A DNA stretch of 64,000 nucleotides from Candidatus Latescibacterota bacterium (GTDB taxonomy: Bacteria; Krumholzibacteriota; Krumholzibacteriia; WVZY01; JAKEHA01): NCBI GenBank assembly GCA_963707635.1, contig OY970173.1, forward strand, positions 640,001 through 704,000, in the 5' to 3' direction. The position numbers were made by a program, and so were the translations under genes. How positions within the stretch are numbered: position 1 is the stretch's first letter; each line of letters starts with the position of its first letter. The notes below the pieces were generated by a model. That model saw nothing but the letters and a program-made list of their open reading frames with translations. It had not been told where the DNA came from and did no database searches. Below, piece after piece: positions 39,604 to 49,717 of the stretch.

Positions 39604-40359
39604 ATGAAATTCACCTGGATCGGTGGCCCGTCGTTTCTGCTCGAGCTGGGGCCGTTTCGAATCGTCGGCGACCCGGTGCTCTCGGACACGTTCGAGCTGG
39701 ACGGCGTGGCTGTGACGCGCCTGGGGTCCCGCCCCGACGTCGACATCACCGGCGCGGACCTGGTTCTGGTGACGTCGCTGCGCGTGGACCACTTCGACGC
39801 GGTGGCGGTTGCGGGGTGCGGCGCCACGCGCGTGCTCCTGCCCGGCGGCGGCGTGGAAGCGGCGCTGCGCGCTGGGATCGAAGGCGCGCGCGATCTTGCC
39901 CACGGGGAGTCGATGCAGATCGAACGGGACGGTTCGGCGCTCGTCGTTCACTCGGTTGCCGCGGGGCCGCCAGCGGGCGCGGCCACGGACAACGGGTACT
40001 TCCTCGCGCTGGAGCGCGGGGAGCGTCCGTTCACCGCGTATGTGAGCGGCGATACCATGTTCTCCGACGCGACGCGCGAGATCCAGCGCACGCACGGATA
40101 CTCGAATCTGCTGGTGCTGTACGTCGGCGCCGAGCGTACCGGCGGGCGCCTGCTCAGCGCCGATGCGAAGGAAGCGATGCAGATCGTCTACCGGATGCAG
40201 CCCAACGCGATCGCGGCCGTGCACCACTCGACGTTTTCGCACTACACGGAGCCAATCGCTCCGTTCCTGGAGAAGATATCGCTCACCATCTACGAGAAAC
40301 GTCTGCGCCGACTCCGCGAAGGCGAAAGTTTCGAGAAGGCGATCGCGCCGGGAGAATGA
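39604..40359 (+). CDS. MBL-fold protein with a degenerate metal motif
   Basis: TWIGGPSFLLE..DPVLS, TSLRVDHFD, SGDT and VHHSTF motifs. Confidence 0.75.
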   Translation: MKFTWIGGPSFLLELGPFRIVGDPVLSDTFELDGVAVTRLGSRPDVDITGADLVLVTSLRVDHFDAVAVAGCGATRVLLPGGGVEAALRAGIEGARDLAHGESMQIERDGSALVVHSVAAGPPAGAATDNGYFLALERGERPFTAYVSGDTMFSDATREIQRTHGYSNLLVLYVGAERTGGRLLSADAKEAMQIVYRMQPNAIAAVHHSTFSHYTEPIAPFLEKISLTIYEKRLRRLREGESFEKAIAPGE

Positions 40360-40372
40360 CGGTCCCGTTCCA

Positions 40373-41875
40373 CTACCACCGAAACGCCGCCTGGCCCGTT
40401 TGCCGGGCGAGGGTCCGAAACACCACACGCGCCTCTTCGGCGCCGAGATAGCGGACCCCGATTCGCTGCCGTCCGCCGCCCGCGGTATCGGCGGCGACCG
40501 ACGCCATGCGCCAGCGTCGATCGAACGGGCTTTGGTTGCTCCGAATCGCCTGCACTTTGGCGAAGCGGGCCATGCACAGGTGCTGCCACAGCCACCCCGC
40601 GCGCGTGGCCACGCGGTCGGCGGCCAGCGCGTACCCGAGTCCGCGCGTGCGTTTCCGGGCGGCGAACCACGTGCCGACGATCAGCAGCGGAAGCAGCGCG
40701 AGCGCAATTCCCGGAAGAACCAACGCGATGGGCAGCAGGAGTCCAAACCCGATTCGAAGCGACTTGCGCCACAGCCGCTGCTGCGCGCGCGGATCGACCG
40801 GGTGCCACGCGAGCGACGCCGTCGGCGCTCCCGGCATTGCGATCGCGAGCAGGCCGTCGACTCGCTCGCGTCGCAGCGCGGGGGCGAGCCACTGGCGGCT
40901 CACGCTGGCGCCCTTCTCGCCGCCGGCCGTTTCCACCCGTACTTCGACACGGCCGAGCAATCGCTGGAGCGGGGCCTGTTTCACGGTCAAGAGTTGGATG
41001 CGGTTCAATGGAATGGTGCCGTTCACGCGGGTAAACAGGCCGCACGAGGTGCGCAACTCGTCGCCGGCGACCGTCAACGTGAAACGGTAGAGCGTAACGA
41101 TCGCCCACCCGATCGACAGCACGCGCAGAGCGATGAACGACCCGAGGAAGACTCCCGCCGCGATCCCGAATTGAACGGCCCCCGGGTCGCTCAGCAGGCG
41201 GCCTTCCGCCCACAGCGCGTTCACGATCCGGCGGGTCGCCGCCGTCGGTGTGGTGATGCCGGTGTTGAATACGTTCATCTCCCACAACGCACCGATGGCG
41301 GTGCCGATCACAATCCCGCCGCGGTTGTGCGCCAGCCCAAATGCCACCAGATCGGAGAGTCCGAGCTTGACCAGGACTCTCGATCCGGCATCGTCGGCGT
41401 CGTCGACGCCGGGCGAGGGGGCAGCGGGCCTCGCAATCGCTCCGCGGCTGTTTCGCTCGAACACCCATTGCTGCATTTCCCGCGCGGCCTCGAGCGAGAG
41501 CACGCGCAGCCTCGCCTCCTGCTCGCTTCCGCCCGCGGTCTCGACGCGAACCTCCGCCACGTGGAGCACGCGGTGCAGCGGCCCCTGCACCACCTCGATG
41601 TTGTGGATGCGAGCGTAGGGAATATGGCGTTCGTTGCGGGACCAGAGCCCGGTGCGAACGATCAGATCGTCGTCGGCGAACGAGTACCAGGTAGTAAAAT
41701 ACCGGAAGATGGCGAAGAAACTGATCGGGATCGACAGCCACAGCGCCAGGATGTCCCACGTTCCGCGCGACGACGCGAACAGAAGAAAGATGGCTGGCAG
41801 CACGAACGCCCTGAGCGAGCCGCCGGCCATGAATAGAAACGACCAGCGGTGGAGTCGACGGTTAGACGGCGTCAT
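40373..41875 (-). CDS. bPH_2 domain membrane protein (YdbT-like)
   Basis: Three PH_2 units (IPYARIHNI..QGPL..VETAG and similar). Confidence 0.85.
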   Translation of the reverse strand: MTPSNRRLHRWSFLFMAGGSLRAFVLPAIFLLFASSRGTWDILALWLSIPISFFAIFRYFTTWYSFADDDLIVRTGLWSRNERHIPYARIHNIEVVQGPLHRVLHVAEVRVETAGGSEQEARLRVLSLEAAREMQQWVFERNSRGAIARPAAPSPGVDDADDAGSRVLVKLGLSDLVAFGLAHNRGGIVIGTAIGALWEMNVFNTGITTPTAATRRIVNALWAEGRLLSDPGAVQFGIAAGVFLGSFIALRVLSIGWAIVTLYRFTLTVAGDELRTSCGLFTRVNGTIPLNRIQLLTVKQAPLQRLLGRVEVRVETAGGEKGASVSRQWLAPALRRERVDGLLAIAMPGAPTASLAWHPVDPRAQQRLWRKSLRIGFGLLLPIALVLPGIALALLPLLIVGTWFAARKRTRGLGYALAADRVATRAGWLWQHLCMARFAKVQAIRSNQSPFDRRWRMASVAADTAGGGRQRIGVRYLGAEEARVVFRTLARQTGQAAFRW

Positions 41876-42386
41876 CGCCGCCGCCTGCCAGAAGATAGTC
41901 ACGTATTTCGATCGCCGTCTCCCGCGCGAGCCCGTGCAGGACGACCTTCGAATGCTCGGTTCCGGCGGTGAACACGTGCAGGGTGGAAAGCTCGAGGTGC
42001 CGCTCGAGCGGCCCTTGCGACACGTCCGTGTGCTGGACGCGCGACCGGGGCACGTTGACGACTCGTCGCCACAGCGCGCCGCTTCGGATCTCGAGCCCTG
42101 CTTCGTCCACACGATAGGACGTGTAGCGATGCTGGAGTTCTGGCCAGCGCCAGAGCAGCACGGCGAGGCCGACGTTCAGCGCCACCACGGCGCACGGAAT
42201 GGCAACCCGCCACGCCACCGGCATCTCGACCAGGGCCGCGACCAGGAACGCGGCGGTCACGGTTGCCGGGGTGACCAACGCCGCGGTGATTCCGCCGGTG
42301 ATGCGGTCGCGCACCATGTGGCGCGGGTCGAGGTGGCGGAATCCGTCCGTCGCTGCCGGAGTCTCGATCGAACGCTCGTTCGCCAT
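41862..42386 (-). CDS. bPH_2 domain membrane protein (YdbS-like)
   Basis: VPRSRVQHTDVSQGPLER...FTAG; overlaps its partner gene. Confidence 0.88.
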   Translation of the reverse strand: MANERSIETPAATDGFRHLDPRHMVRDRITGGITAALVTPATVTAAFLVAALVEMPVAWRVAIPCAVVALNVGLAVLLWRWPELQHRYTSYRVDEAGLEIRSGALWRRVVNVPRSRVQHTDVSQGPLERHLELSTLHVFTAGTEHSKVVLHGLARETAIEIRDYLLAGGGDDAV

Positions 42387-42396
42387 CGGGCGGAGG

Positions 42397-44992
42397 TTAC
42401 GAACTGACCTTCTGCTCGACCAGCCGCTTGAAGCGGGGGTTGTCGCGCAGCGGGTCGAACCCCGGGTGGAGACGCAGGATGGCTGGTGTCATGGTCGACG
42501 GGATCGACAGGAGGTACTCGAGTTCGCGGATGGCCCGGTCGTAGTCCTTCAGGATGATGTGCAGAATCATCTGGCTGCCGAGGAGGTCGGAGCCGGTGAT
42601 CGCATCCCGCGCGAGCGGCAGCAACTCGACAGCCCGATCCGCGCAGCGGATCGCCTCGTCGTTACGGCCGAGGCAGGCGAGGGTGAGCGCGTAACCCATC
42701 ACGGCCTGCGCATTGTCGGTGTCTCTCACGTGCTGGGACGTCTCCAGGTACACGCGCGCCGAGTCGAAATACGCTTGCGCGAGGTCCCGGTCACCGGAAA
42801 ACCAGTAGGCGGTCCCGCGCTCGGCGTAATACTCGGACGTGTCCTGCCCCGCGTACATCCCCAGCCGGCGATACCGCTGGTGAACCTTCGCATAGTCGCG
42901 CGAGACGATGTCCATCTCGGCGATCACCGACATCAATTGCGGAATCTGCTCGACGATCGGCTCGGCGACGGAGCGCGCGGCGGCGATGTCTCCCGGACCG
43001 AGCATGAGCCTGGCCGCGCGGAGCAGCAGCAATTGCGGTGTATCCGGCGACGCGGCGAGGCCGCGCTGGATGCAGCGCTCCATGTCGTCCCACCGGCGCA
43101 GGTACATGTAGGTCTGAGCGAGGGTCGACAGACGATCGGTGGTCTTGGGGTCCAGCGCGATCGCGCGCTCAAGATTCTTGATGGACTCGTCCCACTTTCC
43201 CTGGCGACGCTGCACGTACGCGAGGGCTTCCAGCATCTCGGCGTTGTTGGGCTGCATCTTCTCGGCTACGGCGAATTCCTTCAGCGCGCTGTCATAGTCG
43301 CGGCTGCCGTAGTAGTGGTAGTAGCCCATCGCGATGTGCCCGTGCGGCTGGTCTGGCGCCAGGCGCAGCGCCGACGTCGAGCCGCCCGTTTGGCCTGCGC
43401 GAGGCGCGGCAGCTCCGGGTGCATATGGTTGAAATACTGATTCGCGTACACGCGAGCCAGATACGCCTGCGCCTGGGTGAACGTGCTGTCGAGGTGCACC
43501 GCCTGTTCGATCAGCGGAAGTGCGGCGTCGAGATCGTTCCGGTTCTTACCCCGCTCGTACTGTCCGCGACCGCGCAGGTAGAGGTCGTAGGCGTCCAGGT
43601 TTTCAGTCGGCCGCAGGGCGAGCGCCGCCTGTTCCGGCTCGAGCAGCGTCACGTTCAGCTCGTCTGCCACCTGGTGGGCGATTTCGCTCTGCAAAGCGAA
43701 GATCTGGCCGTATACCCGGTCGTAGTTCTCGGCCCACAGGTGGGTGTCGTCGGCGATGCGAATGAGCTGCGTGCTGATGCGAACGCTGTTCTGGCCGCCG
43801 GACTTGTCCCAGCGGACGGAGCCCTCGAGCACATAGTCGACGCCGAGCTCCTTGCCGATCTCACGCAGGCTCTTCTGTGAATCCTTGAACTGCATGGCGC
43901 TGGTGCGCGAGATCACGCCGAGGCCTGAGAGCTTGGCGAGCTGGGTCGTGATTTCTTCGGTGATACCGTCGGCGAAGTACTCCTGTTCGCTCGGTCCCAG
44001 ATTCTCGAAGGGGAGGACGGCGAGCATCTTGCGGGTGTCCGCGCCCGCGACGGCGGCCCCCTCCGGCGACCGGCTGCGCAGCGCCCACGTGACGACGGCC
44101 GCCACGACCACCAGCGCGCCGACTCCCCCCACCAGCGCGTAACGGCGCCGGCGTGGGCCCGCCACGCGCCCGCCCGCCTCGACGCGGCGCAGGTCCTCGA
44201 GGACCTCATTGGCGCTCTGGTAGCGATCGCGCGGGTTCTTCTGGAGGAGTTTCGTGACCACGGTCTGCAGCGCCGCCGGCACCGCGCCGTTGTAAGCGCG
44301 AATCTCGGTCGGCGTCTCGTTCACGATCGAATAGGTGAGCGCCGCTTCGTGCTCTCCCTTGAACGGCATCCGCCCCGTGAGCATCTCGTAGAATGCGACG
44401 CCGAACGAAAACAGGTCCGAGCGCTGATCCACTTCGCTCGTCCTGGATCTGCTCGGGCGACATGTAGGCGGGAGTCCCCGCGGACGAGCCCGCGCGGGTC
44501 ACATGCGCGGCCGCGTCGCGTCCCCGGGCGAGCCCGAAGTCCAGCACCTTGGCCTGTCCCGTTCGAGGTCAGAATGATGTTGTCGGACTTGATGTCGCGG
44601 TGCACCACGCCGCGCTCGTGGGCCGCCGCCAGCGCGGAGAGGATCTGCGGGGCCAGCTCGAGGGCCCGTTGCCACGTCATTTCGCGGCGCTTGACGACGG
44701 TGTGGACCGAATCGCCCTGCACGTACTCCATCACGATGAAGATGTGCTCGGTGGTCTCCTCGATCGCATGGATCGAGACGATATTCGGGTGGTTGAGCGC
44801 GGAAGCTGCGCGCGCCTCCCGAATCAGCCGGTCGCGTGCGTCGCGGTCGGTCTGGATGGATTTTGCGACGAACTTGAGCGCCACCTGGCGATGGAGCTTC
44901 TCATCCTCGGCCAGGTAGACGACACCCATGCCGCCGGCGCCGATCTCGGACAGGATCCGGTAGTGAAGAATCTTGCTGCCGACGAGCGTCAT
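42397..44992 (-). pseudogene. Ser/Thr kinase + TolB-N-like domain + TPR; 3 frameshifts (~44555, ~44435, ~43375), possibly sequencing errors
   Basis: GAGGMGVVY, HRDIKSDN, DFGLA, YMSPEQ, LAVLPFENL and DPLRDNPRF split across frames. Confidence 0.85.
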
Positions 44993-45052
44993 GGCGTGGA
45001 AAGTCTACGGAAGTCCGGGAGGTTCCGCAACCGCGGACCTCGTGTATACGGA

Positions 45053-45688
45053 CTAGCGGCGTGGAGAGTTGCCCAGGTGGTCGCGCATCAGGCGCGCGAT
45101 CTCGCGTTCCGACGCGTCGGCTGAGGTCTCCAGGGCCCGGACCACGCCCTCCTGGTCGGCTCTCGACCGGTTCTGGTTGAGCTTGAACTTGCCCTCCAGC
45201 CGGTCGATGGGAATCTCGAAACCGACGATGGCCTGCAAGTCGGCATCCATCACCGACTCGGCCTGGCTCACGTCCCACGGGCGCCCGAGCGGCGCCTCAT
45301 GCGTGTCGACGAGACGCAGCACCATCGCGCGCAGGCGCGCGGTGTCGACGACCAGCCGCGGAGTCCCGGTGGCGTGCACGACCGCGTAATTCCAGGTCGG
45401 CACCGTTGCCTGCTCCTCGTACCACGCCGGCGAAATGTAGGCGTGCGGTCCCATGAATACGACCAGCGACGGCGCGGCGCCCTCGAACGCGCCCCAGTGC
45501 GGGTTGGCCTTCGCCATGTGCGCGATCAGCGTGCCGAAATGCCCGCGCTGCTCGTCGATCATGAAGGGAAGGTGGCTCGCGAAGGACTCGCCGCCCCGGT
45601 GCGTGAACAGCGTCGCGAAATTGTAGCGGCGAATCAGCGCGTGGAGCTCGGCGAGGTCGTCGTTGCGGTATGACCGGGGCGTGTACAT
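45053..45688 (-). CDS. FMN-binding negative transcriptional regulator (PaiB family)
   Basis: MYTP, HMAKANPHW, GPHAYISPAWY, VPTWNY and KLNQNR motifs. Confidence 0.92.
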   Translation of the reverse strand: MYTPRSYRNDDLAELHALIRRYNFATLFTHRGGESFASHLPFMIDEQRGHFGTLIAHMAKANPHWGAFEGAAPSLVVFMGPHAYISPAWYEEQATVPTWNYAVVHATGTPRLVVDTARLRAMVLRLVDTHEAPLGRPWDVSQAESVMDADLQAIVGFEIPIDRLEGKFKLNQNRSRADQEGVVRALETSADASEREIARLMRDHLGNSPRR

Positions 45689-45807
45689 GCGGCGAGCATA
45701 GCCGAAGCACTCCGCGCGCGCAAACGGCCCCGAAATAGATTGGGCCGGTGCGCGCGCACCGGCCCCGATGAATACCATGGTGAACTCTCGGCCGCGTGAC
45801 GGCGGCG

Positions 45808-46242
45808 CTACATGCCGTTCGAAAGCCGCGTGATCGTGCCCGTCTGGCCGCGGCCCGTGATGATGTAGCCCACGTTGACGCCCAGCGCGTCGACCACCGG
45901 TTCATACCCGGTTTCGCCCACCGCGCCCGCCGGCCCGTCTATGGGCTCGGTTCGCACCCGCGAGAACGGGTTCATGAGCCGCTGGTTCTGGGGAAGCATG
46001 TCGATTATGGTCTCGCCCATCGCGATATCGCTCAAGTCGGTCGCGTATACGCCGTCGGCCCGGACGGCGAAGTCTTCCGCCGCCACCTGCACGGCGTGAC
46101 TGTTCGACTTCACACCCGCTTCCTTCGCGTTGACCTGCATGCGGATGAAGTTGGGGACCGCGATGGCGACCAGTACGCCGATGATCATGACGACGACCAT
46201 CAGCTCGATCAGTGTGAAACCACTCCGGGTCGTATGCTTCAT
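45808..46242 (-). CDS. type IV pilin / prepilin
   Basis: G|FTLIELMVVVMIIGVLVAIAVPNF class III signal. Confidence 0.9.
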   Translation of the reverse strand: MKHTTRSGFTLIELMVVVMIIGVLVAIAVPNFIRMQVNAKEAGVKSNSHAVQVAAEDFAVRADGVYATDLSDIAMGETIIDMLPQNQRLMNPFSRVRTEPIDGPAGAVGETGYEPVVDALGVNVGYIITGRGQTGTITRLSNGM

Positions 46243-46314
46243 AGCGCTGTCCAATCCGGCCGCCGGCTGCGCGCGGGTTGCGCGCTGGTCTTTTCCGGCC
46301 GCCACACCTGTCTT

Positions 46315-46330
46315 TGCAACCCGTGTACCA
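46315..46330 (-). promoter_or_regulatory. sigma-54 -24/-12 promoter for the pilin
   Basis: TGGTAC-ACGGG-TTGCA on the minus strand, ~70 nt upstream of ATG. Confidence 0.7.
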
Positions 46331-46436
46331 GTGCCCTTCGCGGAGGGAGAAGATCGCCGCGTTGTGGAGCAACGCGGTTCATGGCGTATCGGCGCGCCTC
46401 GGCGACCGTGCGCCGGCAAGCCGGAATGGGGGAATT

Positions 46437-47108
46437 TCAGGAGAGGTTGATGGCCGTCTTCAGATAGCGCAGCAGGTCATCGGCAACGGCGGAATCCTCG
46501 GGCGCGATGAGTTTGTAGTGGGTCAGCGAGTCGAACGCCACCTGGTAATCCTCGGAAAGCGCGGTGACCAGGCCGAGGTTGAAGTAGGCGCTGGCGAGGG
46601 CGGGGTCGCACTCGATCGCCTTCTCGTAGTGCAACCGGGCGAGTTTCAGGTCTCCGAATTCGAAGTACAGGTTGCCGATGTTGTAGTGCGACTCGGCGTG
46701 CCGGGGGTCGCACGCGAGCGACTGCGCGAAGCATTCGAAGGCGTGGTCGAGGTCGCGCTTGATCGACTTGAGCACCCCCAGGTTGCACCACGCGTCGGCT
46801 GCGAAGTCGCCCTCGTCGACGGCGCGGCGGTACATGTCCTCGGCGCGGGGGTCGTTGTGGTCGTCCAGCAGGAGCGCGGCTTCGAACGGGCTCATCTGCA
46901 ACGGCAGCGGGACGACATCGCCCAGGCGACCGCCGCCGGCTCCGGGCGCATCCGGCAGGCCGAAGAGGTTCATCTGACCCTCTTCTTCCATCTGGACGGC
47001 GCGGTCGCCGTTCTTGCGCGCCGTCTCGGCGCGCTTGAAGCCGAAGCGCGACACCGCCTCGATGGGGAAGCGGATGATGTTGCTCGGCTTGTCGCTCCTG
47101 GTCGTCAT
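46437..47108 (-). CDS. Ku-associated TPR protein with a QMNLF motif
   Basis: AWCNLG, SHYNIG and AYFNLG TPR repeats; starts ~20 bp after the ku stop. Confidence 0.85.
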   Translation of the reverse strand: MTTRSDKPSNIIRFPIEAVSRFGFKRAETARKNGDRAVQMEEEGQMNLFGLPDAPGAGGGRLGDVVPLPLQMSPFEAALLLDDHNDPRAEDMYRRAVDEGDFAADAWCNLGVLKSIKRDLDHAFECFAQSLACDPRHAESHYNIGNLYFEFGDLKLARLHYEKAIECDPALASAYFNLGLVTALSEDYQVAFDSLTHYKLIAPEDSAVADDLLRYLKTAINLS

Positions 47109-47127
47109 GCGTCGTGCGTCGCCGGGC

Positions 47128-48024
47128 CTAGGCAGTCTTGCGCGCCTTTGTCTTGGCCTTCGCGACTGTCTTGCCCTTGGCGGTTTCCTTGCGCGGCGCT
47201 TTCTTTTCGACCTTGTCGGCGGTGACCTTTTCCATCGGCTTCTTCTTGTCCTTCGCCTGCTCGATGCTCTTCTTCAGGGCCGTCATGATGTCGACCACTT
47301 CCGGCTCCACGACCTCGATGGCGACGATCTCCTGGCCGGCGATCTTCGCCTGCACCATCTCGCGCACGGCGTCGTTGTACTGGTTCTCGAGCTTGAGCGA
47401 ACCGAGCTTCGCGCTCATGGAATCAATCAGGCTCTTCGCCAGTTTGAGTTCGTCCTTGTTGGGCTTGTGCTTTTCGACCAGCGGGACGTCCTCGATCTTC
47501 CGGACTTCCTTCGGGTAACGCATCTTGTACAGCACGATCCCGTCGCCCTTGGGCGCGATCATCACCACGTCCTCGCGGTCGCGCAGCACGACCTTGCCCA
47601 CGCCCATCTTCCCGCTCTCGCGCAAAGCCGCCGAGAGCAGCGAGTATGTCTTGGCCGCCACGTCGCCGTCGGGGCCCGCGTAATAGGGAGCGTCGTAAAG
47701 GGTGGGGTCAATCTCGGACGCGTCGACGAAGCCCTCGATGTCGATTACCTTGGTGCTCTTGAGCTTGAGCTTTTCGAGGTCGTCCTTCTCGAAGATGACG
47801 TACTGGTCTGGCTCGTATTGGAAGCCCTTGACGATCTCCTCGTTCTCGACCTGGTTATTGCACTTCTTGCACCGCTTGTCGTAGCCGATGCGGCCGTTGC
47901 ACTCGCGGTGAATCTGGTTGAACGAGATGGACTCCGCCGTGTCGACCGCGTTGTAGACGCGGATGGGAATCGTCACGAGGGAGAAGCGAAGGTGACCCTT
48001 CCAGATGGATCGAAGTTGCGGCAT
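47128..48024 (-). CDS. ku: NHEJ DNA end-binding protein Ku
   Basis: SIWKGHLRFSLVTIPI, IVKGFQY and VVDIMTALKKS motifs; basic tail; AAGGAG RBS. Confidence 0.95.
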   Translation of the reverse strand: MPQLRSIWKGHLRFSLVTIPIRVYNAVDTAESISFNQIHRECNGRIGYDKRCKKCNNQVENEEIVKGFQYEPDQYVIFEKDDLEKLKLKSTKVIDIEGFVDASEIDPTLYDAPYYAGPDGDVAAKTYSLLSAALRESGKMGVGKVVLRDREDVVMIAPKGDGIVLYKMRYPKEVRKIEDVPLVEKHKPNKDELKLAKSLIDSMSAKLGSLKLENQYNDAVREMVQAKIAGQEIVAIEVVEPEVVDIMTALKKSIEQAKDKKKPMEKVTADKVEKKAPRKETAKGKTVAKAKTKARKTA

Positions 48025-48313
48025 GGCTCGACTCCTTGGTATGGCCGGTCGCGGGGGCCCCGCCGGGTCCCCAAATCAGCTTCGGGCACGCTTTTCCACT
48101 GTGTCAAGATAAGTTAAGACGCGGGTGCGGCGCCACTTCATATGGGTCCCAGCGACGCGCGCCGGGCAAGATATGGGCCACCCGGCCCGGTCGGTCAGCA
48201 TGGCAGCTCGCCGGCGGCGTCGGGGGAAAGCCCGGCTCCTTTCCAACTCCTGGACGCGCTATCATGTAATAGTAAGGGCTCGGGCTGCAGTGCGGGTGGG
48301 AGGCCCGTCTATC

Positions 48314-48691
48314 ATGGAAGTGACACTACGAGAAAAGCGTGGCGCCAATATCGTCGAGGTCCATGGGAAGCTGGTCGGCGACGTGGAGAACTGCCACCGA
48401 TTCCATGATCTCTTCCAGTCCCTGCTCGACAAGGGACGCAAGAAGTTCGTCCTGGATCTCCAGGACACGCCCTGGGCGAACAGCCTGGGTATCGGCATGA
48501 TCATCGCGGCCTACGCCAGTGTCAAAAACCGCGGCGGAGAGATGGTGCTCGCGGGCGCGACCGAGAGAATACGGGAAGTGTTCAAGGTCACGCACCTGTT
48601 CACGATTTTCAAGATTTTCGACACCGTGGACGCCGCCGTCGACCATCTGATCCCCAGGCCGGGAGGCGGCCAGCCGACCGCCCGGGCGTGA
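48314..48691 (+). CDS. STAS domain anti-sigma-factor antagonist
   Basis: VLDLQDTPWANSLGIG and VFKVTHLFTIF motifs; GGAGG RBS. Confidence 0.85.
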   Translation: MEVTLREKRGANIVEVHGKLVGDVENCHRFHDLFQSLLDKGRKKFVLDLQDTPWANSLGIGMIIAAYASVKNRGGEMVLAGATERIREVFKVTHLFTIFKIFDTVDAAVDHLIPRPGGGQPTARA

Positions 48692-48694
48692 CGT

Positions 48695-49717
48695 TCAGCG
48701 CCGGTCGTCGCCGCAGCTCGCGATCCGCTGCCCGCGCACCGGCTCGGCGCCGTCGACCTTCACGCCGTCGACGCACAGGCGCACGAATCGCGCCGGGAGC
48801 CCTTCGGCCGTCGTGATGTCGGGGCCGTCCTGCAGGTGGTAGTGCAAGTGCGGCTCGGTGGTGTTGCCCGAGTTGCCGCACAGGCCGAGCACAGCGCCCG
48901 TTTCCACCCGATCGCCCACACGGAAGCGCTGCGAGCGCGGCTGCAGGTGGGCGATGAGCGAGAACTCCCCGTTGCCGTGGTCGATCACGACGCCGTTGCC
49001 GACCGGATGTGCCGGGTCCATCTGTCCCGGCGTCTGGTCCGGGAGGCTATCGCACGACCACACGATGGTTCCCCCCGCCGGCGCGAGGATCTCCTGGCCG
49101 TAGCAGTAGTAGTCCGAGAGCTTCTTTCCGTCGCCCGTGTGCGTCGTCGAATCGGGCCTCACCATGAGCAGGTCGTAGGCGAAGCGCTGGCTCTTCGACG
49201 CCGCGTGGTGGTTCTCTTCTAGCGTGCGCCCACCCCAGACCACGAACCACTCGCCCTTGAACGGAAGCTCGAGCTTCGTCTTCGTCTGGTAGTCGAGCCT
49301 GGTGCTCGCGTACTCCTTGCGTTCCTCGGGCCGGACGGACAGACCGGCGACGCGGCCGTCGGGCGCAAACGCGATCAGGAGCAGGAGCGGATCCGGCACC
49401 TTCGCGAACTGGCAGCGCCCCCGGTAGACCCAGACGCCGTGTTCGTGACTGATGGTCTCGCTCAACGTCTCGACGATGGCGCCGACCTGGGCGTGGATGC
49501 CGGTGAGCATCGCGTCGAAGCGCGTCGAATCGCCCATGGCGCCGCGCATCGCGTCGTCGAAGACGCGCCACAGCGGCCCGGACTCTCCGCGGCTCACGTA
49601 CGGACGGAGCTCGCGGGCGCGGGCGAGCGCGGTGGTGGAGTCGATGGGCGCGGCGGCGCGGGCGAGCGACGGTGCGGCCAGGGTCAGGAGCGCAAAGGCG
49701 TAGACGAGAGATCGCAT
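48695..49717 (-). CDS. secreted M23 family peptidase with an N-terminal DUF3887-like domain
   Basis: HH..QRFAYD, AHL and GNSGNTTEPHLH motifs; start overlaps the ligD stop. Confidence 0.87.
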   Translation of the reverse strand: MRSLVYAFALLTLAAPSLARAAAPIDSTTALARARELRPYVSRGESGPLWRVFDDAMRGAMGDSTRFDAMLTGIHAQVGAIVETLSETISHEHGVWVYRGRCQFAKVPDPLLLLIAFAPDGRVAGLSVRPEERKEYASTRLDYQTKTKLELPFKGEWFVVWGGRTLEENHHAASKSQRFAYDLLMVRPDSTTHTGDGKKLSDYYCYGQEILAPAGGTIVWSCDSLPDQTPGQMDPAHPVGNGVVIDHGNGEFSLIAHLQPRSQRFRVGDRVETGAVLGLCGNSGNTTEPHLHYHLQDGPDITTAEGLPARFVRLCVDGVKVDGAEPVRGQRIASCGDDRR

